This document shows positions 9,176-19,303 of a stretch of 55,072 nt of DNA, in pieces. Position 1 is the stretch's first letter. Every line of letters begins with the position of its first letter. The DNA is from a virus. Taxonomy: Duplodnaviria; Caudoviricetes. The notes below the pieces were generated by a model. It ran no database searches and had not been told where the DNA came from. It worked only from the letters and a program-made list of their open reading frames with translations. The stretch spans positions 1 through 55,072 of IMG/VR virus record IMGVR_UViG_3300025410_000023, one strand, 5' to 3'. The translations under genes and the position numbers were made by a program.

Positions 9176-12100
9176 TTATGATGTGCCTTCAATAGCTAAT
9201 ATGAATGGAGTCATATTAGCAAATAATGATTGTGTAAATGTACGTCCGCTTAGTACTCCAGTTGCTTGACTAATTACCAGTCCGCGACCAATACGGAAGT
9301 CTCCGTTTTGATCAGTTGAAGTGAAAAATACTTTACCACTATTTAACTGAACAGTTTCTTTTGATTGTACAGGATCTGCACGACCTACTTGAGGCAAAGA
9401 CCCATAGTTAGTACCAGCACCAACATATTCAAACAAGTATCCAGAAGCACTGATATAACTTCTTTGATAAAAATTCACATTAGCTCCGTCTGGGAATAAA
9501 TCTGTTCTTGTTATTGCTTCGCCTAATTCTACAATATGATAAGTACCTGGTCGTGACCAATAACTTAATCCAGAGTAAACACTATTATAAGTACCACCTG
9601 TTTCTAAATCATAGATCAGTCTTTGTAATATAAGTTTTACATCTCTATTACATTTATTTTGTATATAATCAATTTGAGTTTGTGTTAATCCGTTGAATAC
9701 CTGACTTTGATTTGCTTGTACATATGCAAATACTTCGGCAGCTAAGAAATCAAAGTTTGCTGTAATTAGTGTAACTGCACTGCCTGCACCTGAAACAATT
9801 GTACCTGTTTTTGTTACAGCACTAGGAGGAACAACCGATTCTGCTGAATCAATATCAGTAGCTGTTAAAATATTTCTAATAATAGTAAATCTTAGATCAA
9901 TAAATGGCTGTGCACCTGAACCACCTGTTACTAACGGTAATTTTACCTGCGGAATATCTGTCTGCAATGTAGATACTGTTTGATTATCAATAATTTGATC
10001 TACAAGTGTATTTAGATATCCAATTGATGCATCGTGTGCGGCAATTTGTCCTGGTGTAGTAGGTCCTTGATAATTAGGATCTGTGTTAAGATCTAAAATA
10101 TTAGTTCCAACTTTGTAAGGATTATTTGCTATAGTGCTAGATAATACTGTATAATAACTATTTCCACAGAAATACAATGTGAAATAATTTGGATTTGTAG
10201 GATCACCACCACCGCCGGTCAATGCCTGATTCAATGTAATACTATTATAATTAACATCTGTGACAACTGTTCCTGTTGCCGCATACCACACTCCATTATC
10301 ATCATATTGGCGACCATATTGATCTCTAATAAAAACACTATTGCCTATAGCAACATCGGTTGTATCAATGTCAACTAATACAATAGTAGATGTTGTTAAT
10401 GTACCAGTGCTAGGTTGTGCATTTAAGAAACCAGGAAGCGTTTGTTCATTTAAATGATCCTCAGGAGGAATTACTTCCATAACCAAAGCAATATGTGGAC
10501 GATCAGCAGTATCGGGAACAAATATTTCTACAGTTCCTCTATTTGGCCAGAATCCTGAAGGATAATATTGATCTAATCCATCTTGCCCTGGACTAAATGG
10601 ATATGCTCTGTTTACTGGATTAACCACAGTACCACTAAATGATCTTGCTCCATATCCTTTGGCAACTAAACATAAATCACCAAAATTACTGTTAGAGTTA
10701 GTAATAGAAGCAATACCGCCATTATCTACCTGTACCGCAGTGGAACAAAAAATTGTAAACACAGAAACTAACTGTGCATAACCACTGTTGGTAATATGTA
10801 TTCCTCTTCCGCCTTGTGATAATTGAGTAAACGCATCGTAAACAAATGATTGAATTGGACTACGATCTGAAACTACTGCTCCGTCAACCAAAGATCCGCC
10901 CATAGCACCAATTGGATCTAATTTACGAATTGCCCAGGTTGATGTATTGCCAGTATATTGAAAACTTGCCGCATCTACATCATCATCTAACATAGGATAA
11001 ACACCTACGTTTCCAAAATATAATGTAGCATTTGTTCCAAATCCAACAGTAGGCTGATCTAATCCAATAACAAATGTATTTTGATCAAACCCAGGTTGGA
11101 CTGAAGTAACTTTTGGTGCTAATTTAACATCAGCTCCATTGATTCCGGTTAATGCAAATAATCCTCCACCAGCATAAACAGCAGGAGCCGCGTTTGGACC
11201 ATTTGCTACAATATTTTTAATTGTTTCAAAATTTCTATTAACTGCTTCTGTGGGCATATACGCGTTGTTAGGCGGTATGCTAAAGAAAGGATTAATAATT
11301 TGTGTAGCATAAGTACCTGTAACTGTGGCTGTTGTTTGATTATTAATAATATACTGAGCCATTTCTTTGATATAGCTAATGGCTGCTGTAGTAGTTGTTG
11401 CTTGATTAGCAACATAATTATAACCTTTATTCCAATATGAAAGTGCGGCTTCGATTGACTTTTGATTACCGCCTAATAATATATCTTGACTTACTGCATC
11501 AACTAACAATCCAGTATCTCTATAATATAAATTTTGATCATATATAAATGAGCCACTGTTGTAAGTTTCATCAATCCAAGCAATTACTTCTGCTGTTAAG
11601 AAATCTCTGTTAGCCTGAATAATATTGTAAGCATTAGAAACATTGGCATTTGCCGAAGCAGATAAACTAATAGGTGTTAAACTGATTCCTGTAGGACCAT
11701 TTGCAATTATATTAGTGATTGTACTAATTGCTGTTGCAATTATAGTTTGCTCTGCAGAAGTAGCAGATGGTAGACCTAATACTGGCGGTACTTTGTTCTG
11801 TATAGTTGTAGGAGTTCCACCTGTGATCAATGTTCCTATTAAATCTCTTAAATGATTGAAAGAATTTACAGTAGGTGATTCTTCTCCAGGAATAACAATG
11901 CTAGATCCGTTAAGAGTATAATAAGATAATCCACTCTGTATTGCTTGTCTATTACCACCATACAATAAATCAAATGCTACGCTGTCAACCATATAACCAA
12001 CATCTCGTTCACAGGTTGCAGTATTATAAGTAAATCCAGGAGCTGTTGCTGAAATATAAGCAATAACTTCAGCCTGCATATATGATTTATTTGCTTCTAA

Positions 12101-14623
12101 CAATGCATAAGCATTTTTAACACTAACTAAATTACTAGCTGTTCCGTTAGGAATAATTTTATCAGTCCACCCTTCGGTGTCTCCACCTAATATATTCAAT
12201 ATAATAGCAAATTCACTGTTAACAATACCTACTTCATTGCTGGTAGCGGCTTCTAAATTAGTAACCTGTGGTACCACACTTTGATATCTAGGAACTAAAT
12301 CATTAGCAGGTGTAATATTTTGAATAACTTTGACTGTAAGTTCTTTTAAGTAATTTACAGCATTAGTAGTTGTTGTAATTTCTGAACCAATTTGTCTTGT
12401 ATAATTTCCTTGATTATAATATTGTGAACCAGCAAATGTACTTTGACTGTATCCCGCAGTTGGGAACAATAAGTCTGATGAAACGCTATCAATGATTACA
12501 CCCAAGTCTCTACGACACTTAATTTGATTATAAGGTAATTGCTTAGGTGGATAACATAAATTCCAATTAATATAATTTAATGTATTTTCTTGTATAAATG
12601 TTCTGTTGGCCTGCAACAATATTTCTGCACTTACAAATGCCGCATCTGGTCCAGTACTCTTATAAACATCAGGAGCATTTGCAGGATTAGTAATTGTTGC
12701 AGTAATAATACCATACAAATTTATAATTGATGCTGTACTTACATCACCGCCTACAAGCGCAGTATTAATAACCTGAGCTACTCCGCCTGTGTAAGTATTT
12801 GTAGCCATGGTATTTTGAATAATTTCTAAACTACGATCACGAATATATTCAATTGCCGCTGTAGTTTGTGCTTCTTGTCCGGCAATAACACTAACTACTC
12901 CATTGTAATATGCTAATCCGCTTTCTACAGATTTTTCATTGCCACCGAAGGCAGCATCATAGGCTGTGTTTTCAATTAAAATTCCTACATCTCTGTAGCA
13001 TTTTTCGGTGCTATAATTGAAATTATACCATATGCTTGTTGGATCATTGCCATAAGTATTAATTTGATCAGTGATCCAATCAATTGTTTGTTCTTGTAAA
13101 AATTGTTTATTGGCCAGTAACAATGTACGGGCATTAAAGAATCCCGGATTTTGTTGCCCAGCATTTACACTCATACCTTGAACAATAGTTCCTGTGCTTA
13201 CAACAACAGTTAACGTTGTTACATTTGCGGGCCAAGAACCCATACCAACTGCGACAGGAACCTGTACAGTTTGATCAGGAACAAACATTGTTCCATCTTT
13301 TAACCAAGGTCCACTTAGATTTGTACAGTTTTGAATATATGGACTGTGAAATAAATCAATACGTTGTCCTTCTGGTAGTGGAGGAAATGCAGTAGCATAT
13401 GCACCACGATTAAATCCAGGAGCATAAGGTCCATCTAATAACCCACTACGACCATTTAAGAATTGCATAAATGCCAAATAACATCCAGAATTCATATGCC
13501 ACAAATCTTGAGTCTTATTAATTGGCTCAACACTTGTTGTACGTAGATCACTGCCCATAACACTAGTGTATGGTTTTAATGGAATAGGATTATCTTCTAA
13601 ATAATGTCCAGGAGCAACACGGATTTGTGTGCCAGGTTGATAGTATGGAGACTTAACTGCACCACTAATTGTACGGCAAGCACGACCTGCATCTTGAGCG
13701 CGACCATCGTTGGTATCGTTTCCATCCATTGTTACATATAAAACATTGGTAACAACAGGTGCAGTACCAATTGGATTTTTACCTCTTGCTCGAATATCAC
13801 CAAATATATCAGTTAATCCTGCACCAAGTGTTATAGTTCCTGTACTTGCTGGTAATCCTAAAAAGTTTGTGTAAACATCATCTAAGTAAGAATCAGCAAA
13901 ATTATTTGCAGGATAAATTGTTCCACCAATTGTAACATCTTTTACAATGCTGGCTCCACCTTTGACCTGTAATGCACCTGTATCTGTTGACGTAGAAGTT
14001 TCATCAGCAACAATAGATATGCGGTCAACACTTAATTCTCCACCCCTATTTTCACCTGTATTTGGATAATATACTAATCCTCTGCTTCCTGAATCATATT
14101 GTCCACCAATAAAACTTTGGAAAGGACTACTAATATCTTCGTATACGATTCCATTTGTAGGAGCTTCTTGTGCAAATAATAAGTAATAAGGTTGATTATT
14201 ATCCGAAGTATTAATTGATAGCTGAGTCGAAGTTGTTGCTGTATTGGCGTTTGAAACACGCCCGTAAATAATTCCACCAACAGACAGATCTTTTTCAATA
14301 CCAACACCTCCAGAAAAATAAGCACCTGCTTCTTTTCTTTCTGCTTGTGTATTAAAATATGTACCATCATCTGGCCAATGAGGATCTCCGGTAGGATTAT
14401 CATCTCCACGTTGTCCAGCAGGACCGGATACGTTGTTACCTGCATTATGAGTACTTACTACAACAAAACTACCTGTATTATTACCTTGTAATACCTCAAC
14501 ATTACCACCAGGAGCACTAATCGTAACGTTGCCGCCCGTTGATATAACGGTAACACCACCTGCTCCTTGTATAGTTTGGCTACCGCCTGATTGTACGTGT
14601 TTTGTTCCTGAAGTACGAGACAT
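9176..14623 (-). CDS. Large virion structural protein with beta-helix-like parts and KC.RD helical repeats (1815 aa)
   Basis: VLYVTMDGNDTNDGR..ACRTI, SPYIQNCT and FTQLSQGGRG motifs, plus repeated Y...KC.RD.G..ID....DL..GGN..S units. Confidence 0.65.
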   Translation of the reverse strand: MSRTSGTKHVQSGGSQTIQGAGGVTVISTGGNVTISAPGGNVEVLQGNNTGSFVVVSTHNAGNNVSGPAGQRGDDNPTGDPHWPDDGTYFNTQAERKEAGAYFSGGVGIEKDLSVGGIIYGRVSNANTATTSTQLSINTSDNNQPYYLLFAQEAPTNGIVYEDISSPFQSFIGGQYDSGSRGLVYYPNTGENRGGELSVDRISIVADETSTSTDTGALQVKGGASIVKDVTIGGTIYPANNFADSYLDDVYTNFLGLPASTGTITLGAGLTDIFGDIRARGKNPIGTAPVVTNVLYVTMDGNDTNDGRAQDAGRACRTISGAVKSPYYQPGTQIRVAPGHYLEDNPIPLKPYTSVMGSDLRTTSVEPINKTQDLWHMNSGCYLAFMQFLNGRSGLLDGPYAPGFNRGAYATAFPPLPEGQRIDLFHSPYIQNCTNLSGPWLKDGTMFVPDQTVQVPVAVGMGSWPANVTTLTVVVSTGTIVQGMSVNAGQQNPGFFNARTLLLANKQFLQEQTIDWITDQINTYGNDPTSIWYNFNYSTEKCYRDVGILIENTAYDAAFGGNEKSVESGLAYYNGVVSVIAGQEAQTTAAIEYIRDRSLEIIQNTMATNTYTGGVAQVINTALVGGDVSTASIINLYGIITATITNPANAPDVYKSTGPDAAFVSAEILLQANRTFIQENTLNYINWNLCYPPKQLPYNQIKCRRDLGVIIDSVSSDLLFPTAGYSQSTFAGSQYYNQGNYTRQIGSEITTTTNAVNYLKELTVKVIQNITPANDLVPRYQSVVPQVTNLEAATSNEVGIVNSEFAIILNILGGDTEGWTDKIIPNGTASNLVSVKNAYALLEANKSYMQAEVIAYISATAPGFTYNTATCERDVGYMVDSVAFDLLYGGNRQAIQSGLSYYTLNGSSIVIPGEESPTVNSFNHLRDLIGTLITGGTPTTIQNKVPPVLGLPSATSAEQTIIATAISTITNIIANGPTGISLTPISLSASANANVSNAYNIIQANRDFLTAEVIAWIDETYNSGSFIYDQNLYYRDTGLLVDAVSQDILLGGNQKSIEAALSYWNKGYNYVANQATTTTAAISYIKEMAQYIINNQTTATVTGTYATQIINPFFSIPPNNAYMPTEAVNRNFETIKNIVANGPNAAPAVYAGGGLFALTGINGADVKLAPKVTSVQPGFDQNTFVIGLDQPTVGFGTNATLYFGNVGVYPMLDDDVDAASFQYTGNTSTWAIRKLDPIGAMGGSLVDGAVVSDRSPIQSFVYDAFTQLSQGGRGIHITNSGYAQLVSVFTIFCSTAVQVDNGGIASITNSNSNFGDLCLVAKGYGARSFSGTVVNPVNRAYPFSPGQDGLDQYYPSGFWPNRGTVEIFVPDTADRPHIALVMEVIPPEDHLNEQTLPGFLNAQPSTGTLTTSTIVLVDIDTTDVAIGNSVFIRDQYGRQYDDNGVWYAATGTVVTDVNYNSITLNQALTGGGGDPTNPNYFTLYFCGNSYYTVLSSTIANNPYKVGTNILDLNTDPNYQGPTTPGQIAAHDASIGYLNTLVDQIIDNQTVSTLQTDIPQVKLPLVTGGSGAQPFIDLRFTIIRNILTATDIDSAESVVPPSAVTKTGTIVSGAGSAVTLITANFDFLAAEVFAYVQANQSQVFNGLTQTQIDYIQNKCNRDVKLILQRLIYDLETGGTYNSVYSGLSYWSRPGTYHIVELGEAITRTDLFPDGANVNFYQRSYISASGYLFEYVGAGTNYGSLPQVGRADPVQSKETVQLNSGKVFFTSTDQNGDFRIGRGLVISQATGVLSGRTFTQSLFANMTPFILAIEGTS

Positions 14624-14639
14624 ATCTGTTCCTTTAGAG

Positions 14640-14647
14640 TATTTATT
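14640..14647 (-). promoter_or_regulatory. Late promoter (AATAAATA)
   Basis: TAAATA core upstream of SD AAGGA and ATG 14623. Confidence 0.6.
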
Positions 14648-14650
14648 AGT

Positions 14651-15178
14651 TTAATGGATTCGTAACTCTACTGAGTCCACCAACACCGGATCTTTGTGAG
14701 GCCAATCTGGATGAGCCTGAAATCTAAAGATTACTCCAAAAGTTGAATCCTGGACTGTTGTTAAATTTAAATTTTCTATGCCCCACGTATCAGTAGGACC
14801 GCCATATATTTTTTGAGGATTAATCTCTAATGTAGCAAGATTATCACTTATTGATTGCTCATTCAAACATAGTTCAATAGTATCATCTGTTGCACGACCA
14901 TATCTTCTTGATGTTAATCTAAGTTCAATACCCGATACAACTGTTGGAAGATTAACAAAATTAAAACCTGTGGCTCTTACATAATAAGTTTTATTTTTAA
15001 TGTCAATCTTTGGACTTCTAGCAGTATGAATTAAATTACCCATTGATTGCAATGATCTATTATCCAAATTTCTTAGTTCATTGAAATTATTTGATGCGTT
15101 CCAAGATATGTGAAAAGTTTCACCCCCTTCTTCGACATATTGAGTAAATTGTGTAGGCAAGGTCCAAAGTGTGGTCAT
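14651..15178 (-). CDS. Hypothetical virion protein
   Basis: ORF track start is 15208. ATG 15178 (MTTLWTLP) is preferred because a TAAATA box lies 5 nt upstream (15184-15189). Confidence 0.6.
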   Translation of the reverse strand: MTTLWTLPTQFTQYVEEGGETFHISWNASNNFNELRNLDNRSLQSMGNLIHTARSPKIDIKNKTYYVRATGFNFVNLPTVVSGIELRLTSRRYGRATDDTIELCLNEQSISDNLATLEINPQKIYGGPTDTWGIENLNLTTVQDSTFGVIFRFQAHPDWPHKDPVLVDSVELRIH

Positions 15179-15215
15179 ACCAGTATTTAGCGGATTTATA
15201 TTATACATACAAAAT

Positions 15216-15240
15216 GAAAAAGGCCCCGAAGGGCCTTTTT
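15216..15240 (-). terminator. Rho-independent terminator with UUCG loop
   Basis: - strand AAAAAGGCCC-TTCG-GGGCCTTTTT; symmetric, so possibly bidirectional. Confidence 0.9.
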
Positions 15241-15255
15241 GTTAATCTAATTAAA

Positions 15256-16215
15256 TTAGATTGTATGAGATATACTTACTGTACCAGTTGTTGCTGTAGC
15301 AACATTCCATCCCGCCACTTGATTATTATCATAGGCAAAACTAGTGCCTTGCTGATATTGAACCAAATATGCTTTGTGTGCTGTTAGTTTTTCAACAAAG
15401 TATGTACTTCCGTTTACATCTGTAGCAATAATATTCATGTATCCTGCTGTTAATGTACTAGTTGTTGCTAGCTTACATTGTCCAACACCTTGTGATGTTT
15501 TTACAAGATAACGACGACTTGCTTCTTGTTTAACAATATCGTACTCAACTGCGCTAGAACCGCCATCTTTTACTTGTAAAAATGCGTTACCTTTAATTGC
15601 AGAACCATATTTTTCTAAAGTTTGCATTGTTGGAGTTGGTGCACCAGGACCTGTACCAACAACATTAGTATTGTTAAAACTTAGTGCTGGAATTGTGCCG
15701 TATCCGCTACCGTTAGCTGTTACATTAATTTGTTTTACACGATACTTAACGTGTGCTTGATTGTTACCGTCACCACCTTGAATTTCATATGTATCGGCCG
15801 CTACTGGAATTGTTGAGAAGCTACCACGATTAAATGGTACAATATTTTGTACTTCTTGCTGGCCTGAACCAACGTGTGTAATGTTAAATGTTGCGCCGCC
15901 GCCTAGACCTGTTAACAATGTTCCACCGTTAGTTGTTGTTGAATAGCTGTGACCTGATAGACCATTTGTAACATAAACACTTTCAACCTCCCAAATTACC
16001 TGAGCGGTTGCTTGTATGCCTGTTGGCTCATCTGGTGCCGGAATTACTAATACAGGTACGTGAGTTGCTGTTGAGCAAACTAAAATACTACCTAATTGAG
16101 TTGGATTAGCAATGCTTTCGATACCTTCTCCACCGATACCACTTGTATTACCTACGTGTTTAAATTGTTCATTATTTAGATTACCAAAAAATTTGGCTTT
16201 AATTGGACGTCCCAT
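15256..16215 (-). CDS. Virion protein immediately downstream of MCP (possible head decoration/accessory, 319 aa)
   Basis: Strong SD AAAGGAG, own TAAATA promoter (16296-16301) and own terminator; contains an I.V...GSGY...P repeat. Confidence 0.65.
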   Translation of the reverse strand: MGRPIKAKFFGNLNNEQFKHVGNTSGIGGEGIESIANPTQLGSILVCSTATHVPVLVIPAPDEPTGIQATAQVIWEVESVYVTNGLSGHSYSTTTNGGTLLTGLGGGATFNITHVGSGQQEVQNIVPFNRGSFSTIPVAADTYEIQGGDGNNQAHVKYRVKQINVTANGSGYGTIPALSFNNTNVVGTGPGAPTPTMQTLEKYGSAIKGNAFLQVKDGGSSAVEYDIVKQEASRRYLVKTSQGVGQCKLATTSTLTAGYMNIIATDVNGSTYFVEKLTAHKAYLVQYQQGTSFAYDNNQVAGWNVATATTGTVSISHTI

Positions 16216-16240
16216 TTTATTTTCTCCTTTAAGAATATGA

Positions 16241-16293
16241 CAGTTCTATTGCCTACGCGGTAGGGACCGCATAAACCCCTTTCGGGCGAACAG
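16241..16293 (-). ncRNA. Structured 5' leader (three-way junction), candidate cis-regulatory RNA
   Basis: GUUC/GAAC closing stem encloses CCC-GAAA-GGG and GUUUAUGCGG-UCCCUA-CCGCGUAGGC; three G-U pairs are valid only on the - strand. Confidence 0.55.
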
Positions 16294-16300
16294 TGTATTT

Positions 16301-16330
16301 AATAAAAAACGCCTCAAAGGGCGTTTTTAT
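16301..16330 (-). terminator. Rho-independent terminator after MCP
   Basis: - strand AAAAACGCC-CTTTGA-GGCGTTTTT-TATT; the T-tract runs into the next TAAATA box. Confidence 0.85.
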
Positions 16331-16356
16331 TTTTAGGTAAAACCTTAAGTATTTGA

Positions 16357-17532
16357 TTACTTGAAGCTTACGTTTGCTGTTGTGATAGCAACTTTACCTA
16401 GGTAATCACCTGCGTTACCTAGTGAAGAAGCAGTATTTGTCAACTGGACATAGCCGTAGCGTGTCAAGAAGCCAACTACTGGTTCGAATGTTGCTGGATC
16501 AAGAACAACACCAGAACTCATCAATGGAATATATGGGCAATAGAATGCGGCAGCATCTGCCTCGCTAGCACCTTTATAACCAATCAATACTTGGTTGTTA
16601 TCTTGAGCAGATGTGTCAGACATATAAGCGTCAACATAAACACGCATTGCACCGTTCAATGTACCAACAAACTTAGTGTTTGTTGGAGCTTCGAATGTAC
16701 CTTCTGTTGTACGAGCAAAAGCTGAAGTAGTAGCAGATTGTAGAATTGTCAATGCTTGGTTAGAAACAACAGCCCAGTTACCAGCACCACGACGTGTACG
16801 TTGAGCAATCAAGTTGCTAACACGGTTGATTTGGATAGCTAGAGCGGCGTGCTCATCACCAACGAATGTAGCTGTACCAGAAACCAATGATTGGTCATAG
16901 ATTTCTTCTACATTTGCTAAAGAACGTAGGCTGTTAAGGATCTCTTGATCGATTTCAGCTGTGATCTCTTGTGCCAATGCGGCCATGATTTCAGCTTCGA
17001 TATCGATACCTTGTTGTGCTTGTGCATCTTGAGCAGCCTCGAATGTCCAACGAGCTGATAGCTTGCGGCTCTTAGCTTCAACTGGTGTTTTCAAGATTTG
17101 GATGCTCATACGCTTGCCTGGTTGACCTTCTAAGCTAGCTGTTGAGCTTGCTACTGGGTTTGTACCATCACCAGAGTATGCACGAGCAATGTTGAATGGG
17201 CTCAATGCCTCTTCACCAGCGCTAACTTCGCTTGTGGGGTCAGCATAACGAACACGTAATGTGTGGATCTGAGCAACAGGTCCAGTCATTGGTTGAACAC
17301 CAATGATTTCGTTAGCAATAACTGTTGGCATTACACGACGGATAACTGGTAGAATAACACGATTAAGTGTAGCTACGTTACCTGCGCTTGTTGCACCTGC
17401 TGTTGCAGACTCACCCAAGTACTTACGTGTATTCTCTAAGCATACGCTCATAGAAGCACGACGGTTACCAGATAGGCCTTCAAGCAGAGCTTCTTTGGTC
17501 TCTGACCATCTTTCATTTAATAGTTGTGACAT
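16357..17532 (-). CDS. gp23: Major capsid protein, T4 gp23-like
   Basis: Motifs IIGVQPMTGPVAQI, AKSRKLSARWTFEAAQD, EITAEIDQEI, FYCPYIPL, FEPVVGFLTRYG; SD AAGGAG. Confidence 0.95.
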   Translation of the reverse strand: MSQLLNERWSETKEALLEGLSGNRRASMSVCLENTRKYLGESATAGATSAGNVATLNRVILPVIRRVMPTVIANEIIGVQPMTGPVAQIHTLRVRYADPTSEVSAGEEALSPFNIARAYSGDGTNPVASSTASLEGQPGKRMSIQILKTPVEAKSRKLSARWTFEAAQDAQAQQGIDIEAEIMAALAQEITAEIDQEILNSLRSLANVEEIYDQSLVSGTATFVGDEHAALAIQINRVSNLIAQRTRRGAGNWAVVSNQALTILQSATTSAFARTTEGTFEAPTNTKFVGTLNGAMRVYVDAYMSDTSAQDNNQVLIGYKGASEADAAAFYCPYIPLMSSGVVLDPATFEPVVGFLTRYGYVQLTNTASSLGNAGDYLGKVAITTANVSFK

Positions 17533-17555
17533 TTTTTGTCTCCTTGAATTATAAA

Positions 17556-18641
17556 TTACTTTAGACCCGCTAACTTGCGGATATCTAAAATGTTATCTAA
17601 GCCTACCTCAGGCTTTGTTTCACGATTACCAGTTACTTCTGTGCTTTCGATTAGAGTAGTTTTTGCTACACGTCTCTTATCGCCTTCCATTACTGTGGGT
17701 AGGTACTTGTCAAAAGCATCTGCAAGTTTCTTAGTCTGTGTAGACTCTAGAAGTTGTTGCATCAACTCTCTCTTATCAGCACTTAGAGGTGCCAGTAATT
17801 CAGCCATAACAGCTTTGCGCTCCATTAAATCTTTGGTAACACGAATTTCGCGTTGTGTAGATTCAACTAATTGAGCTTTTTCTGAAATAGCTTGTTTTGC
17901 TTCAGCAAGTTCTTGTTCTTTCTTAGAAATAATCTTTAACAATTTACTTGTTTCAGATTTTTCATTTAGATAAGAACTTGAAAATTCTTGAGCAAACGCT
18001 TCATAAATTTTACGTCCAAAATCATTGCTACGAGCACTATCAATATCTTCTTTCAACTGTGTGATTTCAGATGTTAACTTTTTAGTAACTACATTTTCAA
18101 CAACTTTAGCCGAACGCTTAATGAAGTTTTGTTTGATCTCATCAAATTTGCTTTTAGCTTCACGAACTAACTTAACTTTTGTTTCAGCTAGATCTTTCTT
18201 ATCTGCGGCAAATTCGCTGATTTCTTTTGATAGAGCGTGTACTACGAACTGCTCTAATTTAGTAAAATTCTCAGCAACTTTTTTACGATCGCTTTGGAAT
18301 TCAACCAATTCTTTTCCTAATTGCTTGATAACAAAACTTTCTAATTTCTTAGAATCTGTTGTCATCTTTTGTTGATAAGCAACTTTAGCTTCTGCTAGAG
18401 CTTTTTTATCTTCATGCAACTCGGACATTTCTACGCCTAGTCTATCACTTAACATCTTGTCGATTGCTTCAACCATAACTGTTTTGTCATGATTGTATTT
18501 TTGTGCAAATTCTTCACGAAGTTCTGCGGTAACTTGGTCGCGTGTTTCTTGAAGTTTAGTAGCAAGAGCGGCTTCGACAACTTGTTGTGTCTCTGCTGTC
18601 ATTACACCTGACTCCACTAACTGTTTGAATGCGTCCAACAT
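17556..18641 (-). CDS. gp22: Prohead core scaffold protein, gp22-like
   Basis: Coiled-coil, E/K-rich, located between protease and MCP. Confidence 0.8.
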   Translation of the reverse strand: MLDAFKQLVESGVMTAETQQVVEAALATKLQETRDQVTAELREEFAQKYNHDKTVMVEAIDKMLSDRLGVEMSELHEDKKALAEAKVAYQQKMTTDSKKLESFVIKQLGKELVEFQSDRKKVAENFTKLEQFVVHALSKEISEFAADKKDLAETKVKLVREAKSKFDEIKQNFIKRSAKVVENVVTKKLTSEITQLKEDIDSARSNDFGRKIYEAFAQEFSSSYLNEKSETSKLLKIISKKEQELAEAKQAISEKAQLVESTQREIRVTKDLMERKAVMAELLAPLSADKRELMQQLLESTQTKKLADAFDKYLPTVMEGDKRRVAKTTLIESTEVTGNRETKPEVGLDNILDIRKLAGLK

Positions 18642-18657
18642 TTATTTCTCCTCGGGC

Positions 18658-19290
18658 TTATTTTAGACCTTTAATAATTTGCAAGAGACTTTCTTGCAAG
18701 TATTTCTGGGCCTTTGGATCTTCTTTTACTTCTTGCGCAACACGGAATGCTCTTGCACCGCCACGAGCATTCATTAAATGTTCGTAAACAGGTGTAGGAT
18801 AAGCTCCGGGCGCACTGGGTTGAGCAACTACGTCTACAGTAATAATTTCGAAGTCAGATACATGGCCGTTCATGTCATTAACATTGCCGCTACCACGAGA
18901 ACTTACGCCAAGTTTTACACCGCTTTCGAGCATAGTACGTACTAAGTTACCCATCGGAGTAGGAAGGATTTTCATCTTTCCATATCCATTAGGACCTTCC
19001 ATCCACATTTGAGTGATCATATGGGATACACGGTCCAAATTTACTTTTAAATCATCAGGATGATCAACTTCACCAAGAACGCTATAGCCGTTTTGAATTT
19101 GATCGTTTAGTGTTTTAACTGCACGTTCAATTTCATCAACCGGATATACACGTTGATTAGCATTACGGATACCACCTTGAATAGCAATTCCTTTTAGGTA
19201 AAGACTTTTGCCATCTTTGTCATCAGACTCGAGTATAACTCCAGCCTGATCAAAACTTAGGTGTTCGCGTAGATAACTTATTTGATGCAT
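18658..19290 (-). CDS. gp21: Prohead protease, gp21-like
   Basis: NANQRVYP, LGEVDHP, VSHMIT, LGVSSRGSG, DVVAQPSAPGAY. Confidence 0.95.
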   Translation of the reverse strand: MHQISYLREHLSFDQAGVILESDDKDGKSLYLKGIAIQGGIRNANQRVYPVDEIERAVKTLNDQIQNGYSVLGEVDHPDDLKVNLDRVSHMITQMWMEGPNGYGKMKILPTPMGNLVRTMLESGVKLGVSSRGSGNVNDMNGHVSDFEIITVDVVAQPSAPGAYPTPVYEHLMNARGGARAFRVAQEVKEDPKAQKYLQESLLQIIKGLK

Positions 19291-19303
19291 CCTGCTTCTC
19301 TAA

